Shown here: in pieces, positions 61,481 to 64,000 of the stretch | Position numbering within the stretch: the first letter of the stretch is position 1 | Layout of the letters: each line of letters starts with the position of its first letter | Source of the DNA: Lepidodermella squamata | Taxonomy: Eukaryota > Animalia > Gastrotricha | Length of the DNA stretch: 64,000 nucleotides | NCBI GenBank assembly: GCA_047495785.1 | Contig: JBLDXI010000011.1 | Span: 1,240,001-1,304,000, forward strand | Direction of reading: 5' to 3' | Program-made: the position numbers and the translations under genes | The notes under the pieces: generated by a model | Told to the model about the DNA's origin: nothing | The model's input: only the letters and a program-made list of their open reading frames with translations | Database searches by the model: none

Positions 61481-62017
61481 TCATCGAGTTAATTCGCCCT
61501 TGATGTATTTATCAGCTAGGACTTGGGCCCACAGGTAGAACGAGACGTTGTACCGGCAAACTGGCACTGATTTGAGCTTTGAAACGCACAGCTGGAATCG
61601 TCTCTCGCGTTTTCGCTGCTCGAGAACTTGGAAAAGATGAATTAGGTCTTGGACTGAATATTGACTGAAAAGGCTATCGACTTGGTGACCTACAACAAAA
61701 ATTCGAAAAATCAAAAAAAAATCAAAGAAAAAAAATAAATATATTTGAATCACATTTTTGAAAATTTTGAAATTAACTGAAAAATTAAAATTGAAAAATA
61801 TTTGGTTGATATTTTCTGAAAATTTTGAATTAATTTGTTAGATCCAGCTTGAAAAAAATTCAGAAAATCACTCACGTAAATATTCTTTATTCGGTAGAGT
61901 AGTAGTTCCAGCTGTGATTTTTCTAGCCACTCGGCCAATTTTCGGATTAAAATGCCGTGCTGCAACATCGTCGGCTAACAAAACAGCGAAAATAGCGAAA
62001 ATTAACAAATTATTCAT
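61481..62017 (-). CDS. Secreted peptide precursor B; exons 62017-61876 and 61689-61481 (116 aa)
   Basis: Signal peptide MNNLLIFAIFAVLLADDVAA, phase-1 intron gtgagt...ttgtag, then RKRERR and a 38-aa peptide paralogous to A. Confidence 0.8.
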
Positions 62018-62485
62018 AATGATGAGGTAAATTATCATGTTTTCATGGGGGTTTATATAAAAGTTGCCGCACTCAAGCGTAACGGGTCATGCTTTGATGA
62101 CCTTGTAGCGCGAAAGAGTCATTTAATATTGTCATCGTTACTCGTCAGAAATCAACTTTGGGGAACCAGAATAGCGAGACCTAACCCATAGAGGTAATAA
62201 TGACCTAATGACTGTCACATTTCAAAATCAAATTTCCCAAATTTTGCCTGTCAATTATATCGCTAATTAATTGAAACATTTAAGCCGCATATATATGGGT
62301 GCATAAAATTGATTGATGGGCGAGTCAATGTATCACCAAAGTGCTAACTGGTTGGCCAATCAACCGATTATTAGGTTGAAAAATTAATTTCTAACAAAAA
62401 TGTGCAAATTCGAAAAATTAAAAACTCCACCTTAAAAATTAATTCAAAGGAACAGAATTTCGTTTACATTTTGAAAAATCTTACC

Positions 62486-64000
62486 ATGCGGAATTTTCAG
62501 CGAATTTTGATGGCAATCAGCTTATTATCCTGTATTTATTGCTCGAAAATCGAAAAATGCCGAAAATTAGCGAATGTAACACTGAAATCGCCGCATTTAT
62601 TGATTTGGTCACCCTATGATTCATGCAGCGGAACGGCCGATATCAAAGATCGAAATCCAAAAAATCAATCCGGCATTTCTTTCGCTGATGGGCCGATTTG
62701 CGGCGGGAAGAATCGATCGGTCACGGTTGATCGAACTCGCCAATCGCCGATATCGATTTTCGAAATGAAACATTCAAAAACAAGCGATTTCTCAGCTTTA
62801 TTTTATTTTTCGAAATCCTCGAATTCCGATAACGAAACAACAATTTTCCGGTTGATTTCATCCGATAATATCGATTTATTACGATTCGTGGCTAAAATCG
62901 AACGGTGATACGATTCGGCGCATTACAGCCTGTTGATTTACGTCGGCTCGTCCCGCATCCCGATTTGGTACTTGCATGACCGTTTCGGTCGAGTGAACAC
63001 GTTCAATTTACACGCTTTCGCTTACGATTCGAAACGCAGCACTCTATCGATTTTCAACGGTGATCGGGCGAATATCGATAAAATCAATTTATACGTCACG
63101 TTTGATCGATTTCGCCTTCGACAAAATTTGAAAAATGCTGGAAAGATGAGGCTGGAAGTAGGAGGACTATTTCATGCTGGGGATAAAATTTCGAATTTTT
63201 TCTTCTTTGAAAAATTCATTGAGATGGCTGAAATTCGTGAAATTCATAATTTCGTCAAAAAGCGGCTGGAATGTGAGTTTAATCTATTTTAATTAAAAAA
63301 AATCAAAAATATTTTTTAACAGGTTCGAATAATTCAAAGCCCATGAAATTGAATTCGGTAAATGTTAAGAAAGCCAATGGTCCAATGGAAAGACCCAAAA
63401 TCACTGTTAAAAAGTCTATTATTCCCACGTTTACTGCTAATTTCGCAATCGAACCGGACACCCAATGTACGGCAATCGTATTTCTCACAACATTTCAATA
63501 TTTCTTAAAATAAACCACGCTTTAACCTTGAAAAACAGCATTGTTTTCGAAGGTCCCAAAACGTATTTTGCGATTAGCATCAATCTAAAGAGGGCAACGA
63601 GACGAGTCGTTTGATATACGCCTCAAATATTGCATTTTTTGAAGTCCGATTGTCATTTTTTACAGTGTAATGCGCGCACTTGCGCATCGCGCACGCACAT
63701 TTTAAAGTGCGCGCATATATATAAAATAGGTCACACGCAACCGCACTCATGCCACAGACGTTAATCTAATACAAACGGGTCAATTAATGTTAATTAAGCT
63801 GGATTCGATTTCAAGCGTTGATTTTTGGTACACCGCCTATCGCGAACAAGCCGAGCGCGACGAAGCGGAAATGTTGGATTTCGCCGAAAATGTACGCGAT
63901 TCACTCGATTATTTCAAGACTTCATCGACACCACCACCTGCTACAGAGCAACCGATCGCCGTTAAAATCGTCGAAAATTCCAGGCTGAAATGTGTGAAAT
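62486..64000 (+). CDS. Secreted LamG/concanavalin-like domain protein, multi-exon, with an in-frame TGA at 62906-62908; runs off the window
   Basis: Signal peptide MRNFQRILMAISLLSCIYC. FSALFYF and HAFAYDSKRSTLSIF resemble LamG-3 strands. ORFs 62402 and 62933 are in the same frame. Donor T|gtgagt at 63272 joins acceptor aacag| at 63322 in phase 1. Confidence 0.55.

Noticed and set aside
1-64000. Bacterial O-antigen/capsule operon or contamination as the explanation for the GT density
   Set aside because: Spliceosomal introns, mixed strands, long spacers, eukaryotic MITEs and type II Golgi anchors show it is eukaryotic.

Overview
Eukaryotic (invertebrate-like animal) genomic DNA with GT-AG introns, many only 50-100 bp long. 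I cannot identify the species. About 58 kb is a dense cluster of predicted Golgi glycan-modifying enzyme genes: 4 STELLO/DUF288-like genes (one frameshifted), 2 DUF268 SAM-methyltransferase-like genes plus a decayed third copy, 3 GT92-like genes (two lacking the DxD motif), 3 GT37/GT23-type fucosyltransferase-like genes, 1 GT10 alpha-1,3-fucosyltransferase, and the last exon of another putative GT. Several of these sit in head-to-head pairs. Inside or beside the cluster are a membrane-anchored NB-ARC + ankyrin (NLR-like) gene, a secreted Cys-rich gene, two paralogous secreted peptide-precursor genes, and a LamG/ConA-like gene with an in-frame TGA. Introns and intergenic DNA carry many MITEs (hAT, PIF/Harbinger, MULE, piggyBac, CMC, Tc1/mariner types), a deleted MULE, a Gypsy RT relic and short interstitial TTAGGG arrays. 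Exon structures were assembled by hand from splice signals, phase and paralog comparison. Family calls are motif recognition, not database searches.
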